Source: Octopus bimaculoides
Lineage: Eukaryota
Length of the DNA: 44,866 nt
Assembly: GCF_001194135.2 (NCBI RefSeq)
Contig: NC_068982.1
Span: 88,572,132 to 88,616,997 of the forward strand
Direction: 5' to 3'
Shown piece by piece: positions 22,801 through 35,197 of the stretch. Made by a program: the position numbers and the translations under genes. Position 1 is the stretch's first letter. Each line of letters begins with the position of its first letter. Below the pieces are notes generated by a model. That model was given only the letters and a program-made list of their open reading frames with translations, searched no databases and was not told where the DNA came from.

Positions 22801-24649
22801 TTATTTATAGAAATCTTTCGCGTTTTGGTTTATCTTGTGTTTGGTTTCGTACTATGCTCGACTTTAATGCTCTCAATCTTTATTGTTTTTCATGCTTCCA
22901 TTTTCATTGTTTGTATTTTTAATATGTGTTTTGTCTTCGTTCTCATTTGTATTTACGTATTCTCTCTTTTCTTTCTTTTGTAATGACGTAAAAATAAAGG
23001 AAGAAAAAAATCCGTAAAAAGATTGCGTGTCGACTTCAACAAAAACTGGACCACTGTCATTTGTCAACATCAAACAATAGACCGAAAAGAAAAAGACTAG
23101 CAACGGCAGATGTCAGCTGATGTTTTCATCTAGTGGCGAATTGACAAAGAATGGCGACAACAATTACAACAACAACAACAACGTTCTTCCTTTGAATAAC
23201 GTTGTGTCTACGTCTGATATCCTTCCATTAAGCTTGCTATTTTAAACATGCAAATTAATTTCAGTTCCAGGTATCGGTAAATGCATATATTACTTGTTGA
23301 CTTGTTTTAGTCATATTTTCATACAACCCAATGAAGTAACCTAATGTAATCAAAGTTAGACTGAGACATTGATGTTAATTGTATAAAAGCTATTAACTAT
23401 ATTCATTCTCTCACAACCGATTTCCTGCGTATTTTCAAGCTATCAACTCGTGACTAATTCTGGCTTTTTCAGTGCTTGGCTAACGTTATTGTACCGCCTT
23501 GTTCTCATTCGCATTGTACTGATAAGAATAGATATTAACATTGCTCCTCTGGTTAGTTATTGTTTTATGCTTTTCAGTTTTATTCTGTTCCCATGCATTT
23601 TGAGCCTATAAGTTGTACATAGCTCTTAAATTATGTATAGAAAAGAATATTCTGTTCATGATCTCCAAATAAATTTGCAAAAGGCAAACTTTATTTTCTA
23701 CTATGTACTTCTCTTTAGTCATATCAGTAAGTATTTGATATTTCTCTACTTCTATGAACTTTCAACCACCTTTGGCACGTTGTAATGTTTCTATTATTTT
23801 GCATTACAGTAAGAGGGTTTATTCTAAATATCGTTAAGAGTTTAGTTTCATTGGTCGTAACCCCTTATTCCACGCTCGTTTTATTTCCAGATTATTAAGA
23901 TTGTAATTACTTGAGTACTTAACTAGAATTTTTGTATTAATACTATTATTTCTAATTTAGTATTTCATTTAATGCTAATCTCATTCAAGTATAACATTTG
24001 CTTTTAACCTATTTGAATTCGTGCGTGCTTTGAGTTGCTTTATTCGTTTTATCCTAATTTCTATTACGAAGTATATTTCTCCATAGATATCTCTCATTTT
24101 GACATTTTGTTACGTTTTCCCTACTGAAAGTGGCCATCGCATGCAGAGGCGCTGTCATGAATAAGTGGAGGACCTCTTCACCCCTATCATATCTGTTATT
24201 TATTTTGGTGGAGCAAAACAAAACTTTTTCTTCAGCAAAGTTGACATCCCTTTTTTACCACTGTTTGAATATTTTTCAAGTCTTTTAGGTGCACCTCTAG
24301 TTAATTTATTTACAACTTCTAGAAGGTTATACTCTAAAATAATCGATTTAAAGTCAGTTGCTCACAAAAATGAACTTATTATATAGTCATTTATATCTTT
24401 TTTCGTTAAGATAGCGTTGTAATTCATATCTTCTGTTTTTTCGAGGTGAACATACAATGTTTTGTATTGGCACCAATTTGATGTATTTGGGTTTGTTGAC
24501 ATATCAAGAGGTTTTGGGCGTCATGGAAATCTGGTAATGTATTTCCATAACATTCTTAATATACTTCATTCACCTGTTGCATTTTATTGCTTTATTGGTG
24601 AAAGGCTATTACATATCCTTTCTACTAAAGCTATAAGGCCAGAAAATTT

Positions 24650-24828
24650 ACGAGAGGGAGTAGTCAATTACATGGATCCCACTGCTCGATTTGTAATTAT
24701 TTCATCGATCTCGAAGGATGGAAGGCAAAGTCGACCGCGGCGAAATCTGAACACAGGAGGTAAAGACGGATGGAATGCTGCTAAGCATTTATCCCCGGTG
24801 TGGTAAAGACTTTGCCGCTCGCCACCTC
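24650..24828 (-). mobile_element. SINE family A
   Basis: TTCATCGATCTCGAAGGATGGAAGGCAAAGTCGACCGCGGCG...CTAAGCATTT...CGCTCGCCACC. Confidence 0.8.
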
Positions 24829-24854
24829 AGAGAAGCTGCTACATATGTTCTTGT

Positions 24855-25220
24855 AATTTGTTCCTTGCTTCAGTCATTGGATTGCAGCTCTGTTGACAGC
24901 ACCTTGTAGGGTTAGTCGAACAAATTGACCTCAGCAGTTAATTATTTTTATTCTTGTAAATCTGATTTATTCTATCAGCCTATTCCTTCTATCAGCCTCT
25001 TCCTTACGTACTGGAAACAAACCAACACCGATTGTCACGTCGTGTAAGAAGTAGCACTACACAAAAACATGAACACATACACAACAAGCTTCCACATGGA
25101 TTCTGTCTACCAAATTCATTCATAAGGCATTGGTTCGTTGGTCTAGGGCTACAGTAGAGAACAACTGGTTAAGGTACCCTCCATTGGGGCAGAATCCGAA
25201 ATCCTGCGGGTGCGAAGTGA
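24855..25220 (-). mobile_element. CORE-type SINE (octopus OR2-like, family B)
   Basis: Reverse complement of the 44105-44500 family: CTTCAGTCATT..GCAGC..AGCACC, TATTCTATCAG, TCTACCAAATTCA, GGGCTACAGTAGA. Confidence 0.7.
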
Positions 25221-25221
25221 A

Positions 25222-26234
25222 TACAACTATCCCTGCATCTCCCAAGTTAAGTAAAAACTTTTTAAAGCGTTTATTCATCAAAATATATTCCAACATATTC
25301 TATTATTTGTTGATACCGTTGTGCCAGAAGCTCAAATCCACGCTTATATCATTTGGATGGTTTTGAAACAAAACCCCTTGCACACGTCTTCAACCTCAAC
25401 CAAGTTCGGAACAAATGGTAATCTGATGGTGCAAGATGAATGGTGGAAGAGCGGTTTTTTTTAATTATTAGATACATGCGCACTTGTAGCCTATAAAGGC
25501 TAGCGTTCACAGCATAAACATTTGCTACATAACCAAAGTGCAACACACTCGAAATTTCATCAAGCATACATGACGTTCTGTTCAAACCGCGCTTACATAC
25601 AACAGGATCTTCTGTTCAATTCGCGCTTGTTTGACAAGAGATTCTGAAGTCTAGTCACGTATTTATTTCTCTTATTAAGATTAAGAAAATAATCACATTT
25701 TAGTCCCCAGTTACAAATCATGGCCAAAAAATGTGCATCTCGAGGAATTGCCAGCCTTTCGTTGGTCATTGATCAATTAATGAGGAACTTCTCGACGCCA
25801 CCTGTTCAAAACGCCGATCTTACAGGTGTGTCGATTGATAGTACTACTTTGTGAAGAACCACGTTCTGCCGACAGTGTACGAGTGTTTGTACTTGGGTGA
25901 TGTTCAAAAACTTCAAGCAATGCCTCATCTTCCACAGCAGAAGGTCCCTCTGACTTTGCTTATCTTCGTGGTTAGTGTCACCTTTCTTTAAATATCTGAA
26001 CCAGTTTTGTGACACACGTTCGTAGACATTTCCTGGGCCTTCCACATCATTAATGTTTTTGGCCGCTACACTACCACTCGGTCCTTTACTCATCAGATAG
26101 CATAACAAGGCTCTCATTGTAATTTTTTCACCACTCATTATCAAAGTAGTAAAGTAAATAATAAACAATTAACATTTATATGTTATATGTGAAAGTAAAT
26201 AATAAAGAATTCAGCAACGGTTGGACAAGTTGTA
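25222..26234 (-). mobile_element. Decayed mariner (DD34D-type) transposon
   Basis: ORF 25806-26168 gives an HTH region (AAKNINDVEGPGNVYERVSQNWF..KKGDTNHED); VTGD remnant; HLAPSDYHLFR at the 3' end. The ends share only a weak TACAACT..TCC inverted match, so boundaries are approximate. Confidence 0.85.
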
Positions 26235-26413
26235 TCAAATTAATGATATAATCTGGAGATACAATCATCATTGAACATTCGAAAAAAGTTTTGGCTCAAC
26301 CTGGTGTCTTCATAAGCCTTCGTAAACCATCAATTTCGCTCCTCCTGTAGTAATTTATATACTATTGGCAAACATGCGATAGTTAGATATTTTAAAATGA
26401 ATATTAAGTAATC

Positions 26414-26445
<32 letters not shown>

Positions 26446-26731
26446 NNNNNNNNNNNNNNNNNNNNNNNNNNNNNNNNNNNNNNNNNNNNNNNNNNNNNNN
26501 NNNNNNNNNNNNNNNNNNNNNNNNNNNNNNNNNNNNNNNNNNNNNNNNNNNNNNNNNNNNNNNNNNNNNNNNNNNNNNNNNNNNNNNNNNNNNNNNNNNN
26601 NNNNNNNNNNNNNNNNNNNNNNNNNNNNNNNNNNNNNNNNNNNNNNNNNNNNNNNNNNNNNNNNNNNNNNNNNNNNNNNNNNNNNNNNNNNNNNNNNNNN
26701 NNNNNNNNNNNNNNNNNNNNNNNNNNNNNNN
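26446..26731. other. Assembly gap (N) after (AC)n
   Basis: Run of N preceded by (AC)n at 26418-26445. Confidence 1.
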
Positions 26732-26872
26732 TAAATTGCTGGACCACTGCAATAAGTTGGTGAATCCGAGAGTGGAATATGTTGAATAAAATTATAGTTA
26801 ACTGACTCTCCTGCATTTTCTTTTACCAAAAGCCAGGAACTTTACAGCAACCTCTCGTATATATGCATATAT

Positions 26873-27018
26873 ATAGAAATATTCATATTTCTAAGTTGCT
26901 CTAAAGGAGACTACGGCAGCGGTACTGGATATTAGTAGTTATCGGCGATAACTATCAATATCCAGTACCGCTGCCGTATGTCTCCTTTAGGGAGACTTAG
27001 AAATATGAATATTTCTAT
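26873..27018. repeat. 146-bp imperfect palindrome (hairpin)
   Basis: Arms ATAGAAATATTCATATTTCTAAG...TACGGCAGCGGTACTGGATATT..TAGTTATC and the reverse complement; about 5 mismatches and 1 indel; loop about GGC at 26944-26946. Confidence 0.95.
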
Positions 27019-27316
27019 TTTTGAAAACCAGTGGATGTATTCCACTGAATTTAGATAAATAATCCTTCGTACAGACGGTCAGTAGCGACGCCTGCTAGGT
27101 TGCGGCTTCTCTACATTGATAAGAGGCAATACCTCGAAACTAGTCTGTACATACCAGACGAGCAAGGGGAAGCGGCTGACCTCCCCTGTTCGAAGGTAAT
27201 AATGGGAACAGTTTTGTGTGTCACATAGCTAGCTAGAGGCGATAGCCTCTTGGAACTAATCAACATCAGCATTTGTCCTATTTTTTAGACTGCCATGTTG
27301 GCTTGGCGATAACTAT
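26936..27316. mobile_element. Unclassified non-autonomous element bounded by TAGTTATCG / GGCGATAACTA, ending in (TA)n
   Basis: 12-bp GGCGATAACTAT at 26944-26955 and 27305-27316; inverse TAGTTATCG at 26936; internal stems at 27029-27047 and 27235-27250. Confidence 0.45.
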
Positions 27317-27732
27317 ATATATATATATATATATATATAGGGGGTGAGAGTCGGGCGTTCTAATAAATTTGGAAGTATTTACAAATGTAGGTGGTTGAAA
27401 ATATCTGGCAAAAATCAAGTAAACTATTTCAGCGAAGTATTTAGCACTTTGAGTTCATTCATGGCAATATCGCTTCTTACTAAAACACATTTCTTCAATG
27501 CTGTTCTAGAGTCCTCTGAAATTGGTCGACTTGCTACGTCGCTGACACCATCCTTCCATCTGTTCTCCCAATACGTCACTAAATGCTTGGTGATTCAATA
27601 ATCTGTTTCACTTTTTTTTTATAGTATTATTTTTAAATTGTTTTCAAAACTGTTCACAATATTTAATGAGCATTTGGATTTTTTCAATTAGCATAGTGTG
27701 TTCTCTTGGCTGAACAATTTTGTTTTTATTTT

Positions 27733-27875
<143 letters not shown>

Positions 27876-28429
27876 GTTAGCTTGATGTCTTATTTCCTGA
27901 TTTGCAATGTTTTCGAATTTAATATTTGTTATGTGTTCCTATTTAACTCTTTCATACAATATTGAAAAACCATTTGTTTATTTATCATTTCTTAAACATC
28001 CTCCACTTTTCTATACACTTGTTTGCAGTGGGGAAGCGCGTCATTTGTAGTCTTAAAAGTAAATCCGCTTTCAATTGATATTTCGATACAAATTAAGTCA
28101 ATTGATTTAATATCTCAACACTGGCGTAGCCTTCTCTCCATTCCCTGTTGCAATGGACAATGTTTTCCACAATTATTCTACATATGCTTAGTCTTGCTAC
28201 AAGTATTTTCTGCTCGTTGTTGTTGCATTATTTCCTCTCTAATCTCAGCTCCCAATATTTTATAAACATTAATATGAATAATGTCCTATCCAGGATTACA
28301 GATTCATTTTAAGAGATCCTTGTGTTGTCTGCATTAGACCGGAATTATTTTTTCCATTAGATATAAACACTACTACTACTACTACTACTACTGCAAAAAA
28401 GAATTGCTTCTGCATTAATCAATATGAAT

Positions 28430-28630
28430 TCTGCTTGCCAGACACCGTACTTCGGTCTACGCTTGATCAAGAACTGCATCTCTGACAAGGAAATGAGCAG
28501 TAGAAAATTGAGTCTGACAAACGTCGACCTCAGCACATGTATACACATCATTAGTCACGGATTGCTTAGTCATCGATACAACGGCTGCCGACAACAAGTG
28601 AAGCGTATGGCCATCAGAACCCGACCCCTC
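28430..28630 (+). pseudogene. Highly degenerate non-LTR reverse transcriptase fragment (clade uncertain)
   Basis: Across frames RSTLDQELHL*Q (cf. RST.DQVL.LTQ) and VDLSTCIHIISHGLL (cf. VDLS.AYDTV.H..LL). Confidence 0.4.
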
Positions 28631-29528
28631 TACAGGACACACATACACACATATGCATATATAAATTTACATACATTCATAGATAGAATTGTGCGTGCGT
28701 GTGCGTTTGTGTGTCCAACTTTACAGGGGTATGGCTTGAAATTTCAGTTGTCTCCCGTTGTGATTACAAAGATGTTCTGCTTAACCTTTCACATGGCGAT
28801 TGTTGCGTATGATGATAATGCTTTCAAGTCTATGTAAGAGTTTCCAGATCACCACTCATATCGTATCATTTTCAAATTTATTGAGCTATTTTTATGAGTT
28901 TTAGTTTATGTATGAACAGCTCTGATACTGATAAGGGAGACAATAACGATTAATACTCTGTCTTTTGCTGCTGCCTATGTTCGTTGTTATAATTGCTAGT
29001 GTTAGCGCTGTCGTTTAGACGAACGATTTTAGTTCGATCAGCCTTGAATACGTGACCAATTCCCATTTATGGCAAATCACTCCTGCGTGGTGTATATTGG
29101 CTCTTATCATTAACGTTCCCTCAATCTCGAGATCTCAAAACTATACTTAAATGACCGTACAATCAATTTGTCTTGGACAACATAAATACAGACTTCCTAT
29201 CCCTGCTCGAGGAAATTTCTTCGACCATATCTTCTCTGTGCCTGAATAACATGCTATTAGAACATTTAAAGATTAAAAGTTACTATCAATACTAAACATT
29301 ACAATGTTTGATGGTCTACAATGATCATTTATACAAAGCAATGATTAACTAAGCTTTCTATTTAGAGTCAGAAAAAACCTCATCTCTCTATTATTGCTTA
29401 TGCAAAGACCAGCTATAAGCTAGAAATGAATCAATTGTTGAAGTAATCGTTCGGTAAATCAATCAATCAGTTAGGTTTGTCAGTCTTTGCATGTAAAGTA
29501 CTGGAAACATGTAAAGTACTGGAAACCT

Positions 29529-31114
29529 CAAAAGGGGGAAATAAATATTCGTACATGTCAAAATTCATTATTTATTTAATTTCTAATGAACATAAATGGA
29601 ATATACCAATACTATATTTGCATAGACATGCATAAACCAAGAATATGCCAAAGAAACTAATAAATTATAGTAACTAATGAATTTATATACAATTACAAAT
29701 ATTTAGGGGTAAAAAAAGTATTCGTACAGAATAAATTTATGAGTTTCTATGTCACAAAATACTGTTAAAATAATTCTTTTTTACTAGAACTTTGTCGTTT
29801 GTTCCAATAATGGAACAGTGGTCATATTTAAGTGTCAAAACGCTAGCTTCTTCATTCAGCACTGAGACAGCATAAAGTAGTGTCGTAATAATGGCGAAAA
29901 GTAAAGAACTCACAAATTCAGTGAAAAACTTAATTATTGAAGTGGAAAGCAGGTAAACGTCACAGGAAAATATCAGAGACCCTTTGTATTCCATTTTCTA
30001 CCATATCTTTATTTATTCAAAGATATAAAAAATCTGGAACTGTTGAAAACAGAATAAGATCCAGTGTACCACGCAAGATTTCCTCTAGATCTTTAAGAAA
30101 AATAAAGTGAAGTATCCAAAAAAACGCAATGATCACCAGAAAGGAGTTGCAAGAAGATTTGTTAGCTTCAAGGACTAGTGTTACACTATGAACAATCAGC
30201 AATAAACTTCATAGGAATGAACTGAAGTCATGCTATCCTAGAAAAAACTCCACAGTTGACTAAAAGGCATAGAGATGCCCGTTTAAAATGTGTTTATTAA
30301 CATAAAGATAAATTCTGGGAAATTGTTCTTTGAACAGACGAGTCGAAAATTGAATTGCTTGGACGAAATTCGCGTAGCCATATTTGGAGGGAAGATGGTA
30401 CCACCTATTCGCCGAAAAACACAATTCCTACAGTTAAGTTTGCAGGTGCCAACATCATTGTGTAGGGGTGTTTCTCTACAAATGGCACCTGAAATTTACA
30501 TGTGATAGATGGTAGAATGAATGCACAGATGTACCAAAATATTTTGAACAATAATTTATGGGACTGTAGAAAAGCTCCAGCTTTGTGAAGGGTGGGTTTT
30601 ACAATAGGATAATGACCCTAAGCACACAGCAAAGTCTACCAAAAATCGATTGTCAATCACAATATAAAATTATTAGAATGGCCAAACCAGTCACCTGACT
30701 TGAACCCCATTGAGAATTTGTGGCGTTATTTGAAAATTAAGATTCATTCAAGAGCCCCAATGTACATTCTAGATTTGAAGAAAATTTGTCAAGAAGAATG
30801 GGAAAAAATTCCTAAAGAAACATGCGAGTCATTGATTAAGAACTACAAGAAGAGATTGGTTGAAGTGGAACTGAATAATGGTTGTGCTACGAAGTATTAA
30901 ATCAGAATTAATTATTTATGTTCTGTACGAATACTTTTTTTTACCTCTAAATATTTATATTTGTATATAAATTCATTAGTTACTATAATTTATTAGTTTC
31001 TTATGCATTTTCTGAGTTTATGTATGTGTATGCAAATATAGTATTGGTATATCCCATTTATGTTCATTAGAAATTAAATAAATAAAGAATTTTGACATGT
31101 ACGAATATTTATTT
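29529..31114 (+). mobile_element. Full-length Tc1-like transposon, IR/DR type
   Basis: TIRs of ~210 bp (29529-~29740 and ~30905-31114), right end CCCCCCACTG|TA. Each TIR has outer and inner direct repeats (AAATAAATATTCGTACA / AAAAAGTATTCGTACA). Confidence 0.92.
29891..30900 (+). pseudogene. Tc1 (DD34E-type) transposase pseudogene
   Basis: Starts MAKSKELTNSVKNLII; contains DNDPKHTAKST, LEWPNQSPDLNPIENLWRYLKIKIH, EEWEKIP and ends GCATKY* at 30900; multiple frameshifts and stops. Confidence 0.9.
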
Positions 31115-31141
31115 CCCCCCACTGTATATATATATATATAT

Positions 31142-31979
31142 NNNNNNNNNNNNNNNNNNNNNNNNNNNNNNNNNNNNNNNNNNNNNNNNNNNNNNNNNNN
31201 NNNNNNNNNNNNNNNNNNNNNNNNNNNNNNNNNNNNNNNNNNNNNNNNNNNNNNNNNNNNNNNNNNNNNNNNNNNNNNNNNNNNNNNNNNNNNNNNNNNN
31301 NNNNNNNNNNNNNNNNNNNNNNNNNNNNNNNNNNNNNNNNNNNNNNNNNNNNNNNNNNNNNNNNNNNNNNNNNNNNNNNNNNNNNNNNNNNNNNNNNNNN
31401 NNNNNNNNNNNNNNNNNNNNNNNNNNNNNNNNNNNNNNNNNNNNNNNNNNNNNNNNNNNNNNNNNNNNNNNNNNNNNNNNNNNNNNNNNNNNNNNNNNNN
31501 NNNNNNNNNNNNNNNNNNNNNNNNNNNNNNNNNNNNNNNNNNNNNNNNNNNNNNNNNNNNNNNNNNNNNNNNNNNNNNNNNNNNNNNNNNNNNNNNNNNN
31601 NNNNNNNNNNNNNNNNNNNNNNNNNNNNNNNNNNNNNNNNNNNNNNNNNNNNNNNNNNNNNNNNNNNNNNNNNNNNNNNNNNNNNNNNNNNNNNNNNNNN
31701 NNNNNNNNNNNNNNNNNNNNNNNNNNNNNNNNNNNNNNNNNNNNNNNNNNNNNNNNNNNNNNNNNNNNNNNNNNNNNNNNNNNNNNNNNNNNNNNNNNNN
31801 NNNNNNNNNNNNNNNNNNNNNNNNNNNNNNNNNNNNNNNNNNNNNNNNNNNNNNNNNNNNNNNNNNNNNNNNNNNNNNNNNNNNNNNNNNNNNNNNNNNN
31901 NNNNNNNNNNNNNNNNNNNNNNNNNNNNNNNNNNNNNNNNNNNNNNNNNNNNNNNNNNNNNNNNNNNNNNNNNNNNNNN
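31142..31979. other. Assembly gap (N)
   Basis: Run of N; probably hides the GIY-YIG end of the Penelope-like element. Confidence 1.
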
Positions 31980-33250
31980 GCATCGGCTATCATTGCATTT
32001 GGATACAGTGAATGCTTGATTTTTGTTGCTGAGGTCAAACCTTGCCTTTGTTAATAGTTTTTTCAAGTTTTTAGGTTGTCTCTTACTGAGAGTTATATTT
32101 TGATCTGTAATGATATTTCTCAATTCCTTACTTTGTGCGAGGATCGGTAAGTTCGCTTTGGTGATATTAAAGATGTTCTGGTGGCATGGATTTTGTGTCA
32201 CTATAAATGGAATGATCTTTTCCTGTTTGTCTCTTCTTTGTGGTGTCCTCAGTTGTTGTATGGGTATTTTCGAAGCCCGCTGAATACCATTTTCTATGAG
32301 TAGTGATGGGTATTTTTGTTTTAGCAGAAATTCTTTCAGTTCCATCAGGCGCTGATTTCTGGTTTCTATATCCTCTACAATAGTACATATTCTCCTGGCT
32401 AGGCAGTATGGAATGTTGCGTTTTGTATGGGGTGGATGGCACGATTTAAAGTTCAAGTATTGGTGTGTGTCTGTGGGCTTGTAATATATATCTGTGGTAA
32501 TGACGGTGTCCCTTTTAGCTACCATTATATCTAGAAATGGTAATTTGCTACTGCTCATCTCCTTTGTAAATTGGATGGATGGGTGTAGGTTGTTCAGGAG
32601 GGTGTTGAATTCTTCCACAGTGCTTTGAGGTTTGGTCCAGATTATAAAGCAATCGTCCAGGTATCTCTTCCATGCTTTTTCTATAAGCTTCCTAAATTCG
32701 GTGTTATATCTCTCTTCTATTTCCTGGTAGAGTCTTTGTTCAAAGTAACCCATCACCAAGTTCGCATAAACTGGAGCAAACCTCGTTCCCATAGCCGTGC
32801 CTTTAATTTGGATATAGTTCTTTCCATTGAAGAAGAAAGTATTATTTTCCAGGATAAGTCTCACTGATTCTAGTATAAATGTCACCGTGAATCTGTTGGG
32901 AATTGCTTCCCTGTGTTTGTCTACCCAGTATTCCACCACCTTTATTCCTAAATCATGTGGGATATTTGTGTATAGGCTTACTACATCAAAGCTCAGTAGG
33001 ATTGAATTTGTTTCAGTGGTTTTGGGAAGATGGGATAAAAAATTGATGTCATCCCGAATGAAGCTGGGTATGTATGTACATAGTGGCTTTAAAAGAATGT
33101 CGATGAAATTGCTTAGACGGTGAGTAGGGCATACTGGGCCAGCTATAATTGGTATAAGTTTTAAATCTTTTGGATGTAGCACTTTTATGTATTCACTTCC
33201 TTGTTCTTTTACTGCCTGTTGAATATCTTCTGACTTATGTATTTTGGGTG
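31980..33250 (-). mobile_element. Penelope-like retroelement, RT ORF (5'-truncated, 3' end in gap)
   Basis: Uninterrupted frame of ~420 codons: PKIHK, PIIAGPVCPTHRLS, SFDVVSLYTNIPH, GTAMGTRFAPVYANL, WKRYLDDCF, LPFLDIMV, IYYKPTDTHQYL, HPPHTKRNIPY, ending ..CNDSRC at the gap. Confidence 0.95.
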
Positions 33251-34199
33251 TGTTTATTTTGGCATAATCACCCTCTCGATAAACAACAAAGCTTTCAACA
33301 AATATTCTTCGGTATTTTATTCAATGTACGCTACTCACTCTGCATATTATTTACAACCGATCACTTCTGCGCACCCTTTTATGGACATTATATGAACATT
33401 GTTAATCTGAAATGTAATGGTCCATATATTCTCGTTGCTCTTCAGCTCTAAGCTATCCTATGATATATTCTATTTAATGATTTCTCTACTATGCGCAAAA
33501 GATTATATGATAGCGTATTGATGGCACATTATATCCACTTTAATTGAGAATCAACTGATCAGCATGGCCACCTAAATATTAATATCTGGTATATTATTCT
33601 TTCATCTTGTTTAAACCCTGTCGTAAGAAATTCTTACTTCTCTGTACTTACTTTGTGGCGTTCTTATCCACAAACTGCATCTTATTTCTTTTTGACGACG
33701 TTAATGCCTCTTCGGTCCAAATTTTACAACCTGTTTACAGAAATATGCCTGTTTGATCCTAATTCCGTGCAATCAGTTCTGCATTTTCCATAAATAGTAA
33801 AATATTGATTTTATTATTTTTTCCTTTCCTAACATATCCATCTTTCCTGTAAGCAATATTCATGTTAATGATATCATACACAAAATATTAATAATGATAT
33901 TATATATATATATATTGATTTTAATAATGCTTACATCTTCAAATTTTTGTTATTTCCTTTTCACTCGATTCATAATTTTTCGTAACGTATTCACGTATTT
34001 AAGCTTACAGTATTGGCATAATCATTCTGTAACAAATTTTCAAATAAATTACACGTTGAACATGAAGCTATTGATTGTCACTCTTTGTACTTTTATGTAT
34101 TTTGTGAATAACATTTGAACTGATGCTATTAATCCTAGTATTTTTATGTATTCATATATAACTGTTTGTGTTTTTATATTTGCTTGTGCAAAGGTATGG

Positions 34200-34640
34200 T
34201 CTACAATCATCGTTGGCCTAGATTGTGATACTAATAATATTCCATTTAAAATGTTGCAAGTGGATACATGCAGGAAAACAGGAGTTCGAACGAGTTGCAG
34301 AGGGATGATGTTATAGGAAGGAAGGGGTGTGTATATTAGCAAATGCAGCACCTGGATGAATTGAATAACGGAAGGATAAACGGAAAGGATAAATTGAATA
34401 ACGGAAAGATAAATGAATAACGGAAGGATAAGCGAGACGGTAGTGTCTGAGTGGAGATGGCACAAAAACATCCAGCTCAAAGAGGAACAGGGTATTGTTG
34501 CTGCAGTAGAAGAACGAGAGAGGAGACAGCAAGTCTCCTACCATTCGCTAGACCGGCCTTCCTTTCGATGTGGTCTAAGACGTCAAAGTATTCAGGAACA
34601 ATACTGTTCTAGGTGCGGGTACAACGCCCTATTGTAAGTA
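34200..34640 (+). mobile_element. Possible RTE-clade LINE 3' remnant
   Basis: IPFKMLQ.. and KEEQGIVAAVEERERRQQ..PSFRCG..CSRCG loosely resemble the RTE C-terminus; interrupted by a minisatellite. Confidence 0.4.
34352..34430. repeat. Short minisatellite, unit about TGAATAACGGAA(A)GGATAAA
   Basis: 3-4 imperfect copies visible. Confidence 0.8.
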
Positions 34641-34754
34641 TTGCTCCCGCATCTTTGATTTGTAGAGGCTCAGTAAATATCACGGATAATTTTAGCTATT
34701 ATACGGAAACCTAAGATTTGGAATGACCATGCGAGTTCTAAATTGCATATAACT

Positions 34755-34757
<3 letters not shown>

Positions 34758-34843
<86 letters not shown>

Positions 34844-34850
34844 GTGTGTG
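34758..34850. repeat. (GT)n microsatellite
   Basis: Directly visible. Confidence 0.95.
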
Positions 34851-35032
34851 TACGTTTGTGTTTGCCTGTGTATGTTTACTGCTGAAAAAGACAAGATTCG
34901 TCAAGGACCATTGGAGGTTGATTTTGGAGGTCTCTCTTCATGAAGTCGGTGCATACTTTGTGTGTGATCTAGAATATATTTGGATGTTCTACTTCTCCTT
35001 GTTCTTATTTTTTTCATTTTTTTCATTTTTTG

Positions 35033-35197
<165 letters not shown>

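Noticed and set aside
23120-23140. CTCF-like site (reverse GCCACTAGATG), and similar at 24140-24158
   Set aside because: Only partial matches to the consensus; not supportable without ChIP data.
24170-24530. Minus-strand ~100-codon frame with one stop (..MSTNPNTSNWCQYK..KKFCFAPPK)
   Set aside because: No motif recognised; a TBLASTN search would be needed.
31018-32054. Long ORFs spanning N runs (also 18322-18766, 26355-26829, 38838-39497)
   Set aside because: Artefacts of translating assembly gaps; only the 31980-33250 Penelope part is real.
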